Shown here one piece after another: positions 63,404 to 64,000 of a stretch of DNA of 64,000 nt. The notes under the pieces were generated by a model, which saw only the letters and a program-made list of their open reading frames with translations, ran no database searches and was not told where the DNA came from. The position numbers and the translations under genes were made by a program. Within the stretch, counting starts at the first letter, position 1. Each line of letters starts with the position of its first letter. Source of the DNA: Alphaproteobacteria bacterium (GTDB taxonomy: Bacteria > Pseudomonadota > Alphaproteobacteria > SHVV01); assembly GCA_965261735.1 (NCBI GenBank), contig OZ253470.1, forward strand, positions 3,200,001 through 3,264,000, read 5' to 3'.

Positions 63404-64000
63404 TTACATTCGCATGCTCCAATGCCGGCCCTTGCTCTGCTGCTGCTTTTCGGCCTTGCGCTCGGCGCGCTGTTGCCGCAACTCCCGGAGCTTGTCCGGA
63501 TCGTCGAGCAGACGGGCGACGCGCTCCTCGTGCATTCGGAGGCTCTCACCCTCGCGTTACCCTGCCAGGGTCGCCGCGAGATGGCGGTCGTCGTCTTCTA
63601 GCACTTCGCGCACCCGCGCGAGCGCTGAGCCGAGGCTCTCTTGCGCGTGCGCGATGTAATCGAGGTGGATGCCGTAATTACCCGGGTCGTCCATGAGTTC
63701 CTCGCAGCGGCCCACCGCAATGTCAGTCAAGTCCCGCCATGTGTCGTAGTCCTCATGGCCGGGAACCGCCACGCCCCGCTCGGCCGCCTCGGCCACCAGC
63801 GCCTCGCGGCGGTTCAGCCGGCCCGCCATGTATTCGCGGCAACTGTCGAAATAGTTGCGGTTCGACACTGCCTTGCCGAGCTGAGCGAGCACAGCGCTTA
63901 TCTCCGATTCGACGCCGCGATCCAGGAGCATGTTCTTGGAGACGGAGTCCAAATCCCCGTGCAGACGGTCGTAGCCATCCGTGTAGATGACATGGACGCC
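63404..64000 (-). pseudogene. Relaxase-tail-like gene, copy 2 (premature TAA at 63557-63559; runs off window)
   Basis: Homologous to about 30948-31540 with a CAA to TAA change. Confidence 0.6.

Overview
High-GC DNA, probably alphaproteobacterial. The MORN repeats, Slam genes and dense IS/TA content resemble host-associated marine symbionts, but this is inference. Positions 1-8.4 kb are ordinary chromosome: acyl-CoA dehydrogenase, MaoC-like dehydratase, tsaC/sua5, FAD oxidoreductase, MFS transporter, O-methyltransferase and a broken PAS sensor gene. From about 8388 to the end the window is a decaying mosaic genomic island. Its dominant theme is a repertoire of surface proteins: five divergent lipoproteins with TbpB-like C-terminal barrels, two intact and four remnant Slam/DUF560 (type XI secretion) translocon genes, a lipidated S8 protease with a C-terminal barrel, a DUF3187 barrel and a large MORN-repeat protein. 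These are interleaved with a triplicated backbone (RIT recombinase remnants, a DUF1640-like VNTR gene, an integrase 3' end and a non-coding repeat), a tandem pair of intact tyrosine integrases, four TA loci and many nested IS elements (IS3, IS256, IS1182, IS1595, IS110/IS1111, one MITE). A 293-bp inverted repeat brackets 8388-54814. The best candidate for a new system is a recombinase-driven cassette array of Slam-exported variable surface lipoproteins. No tRNA, rRNA or CRISPR was seen. All family assignments come from motif recognition by eye, not from database searches.
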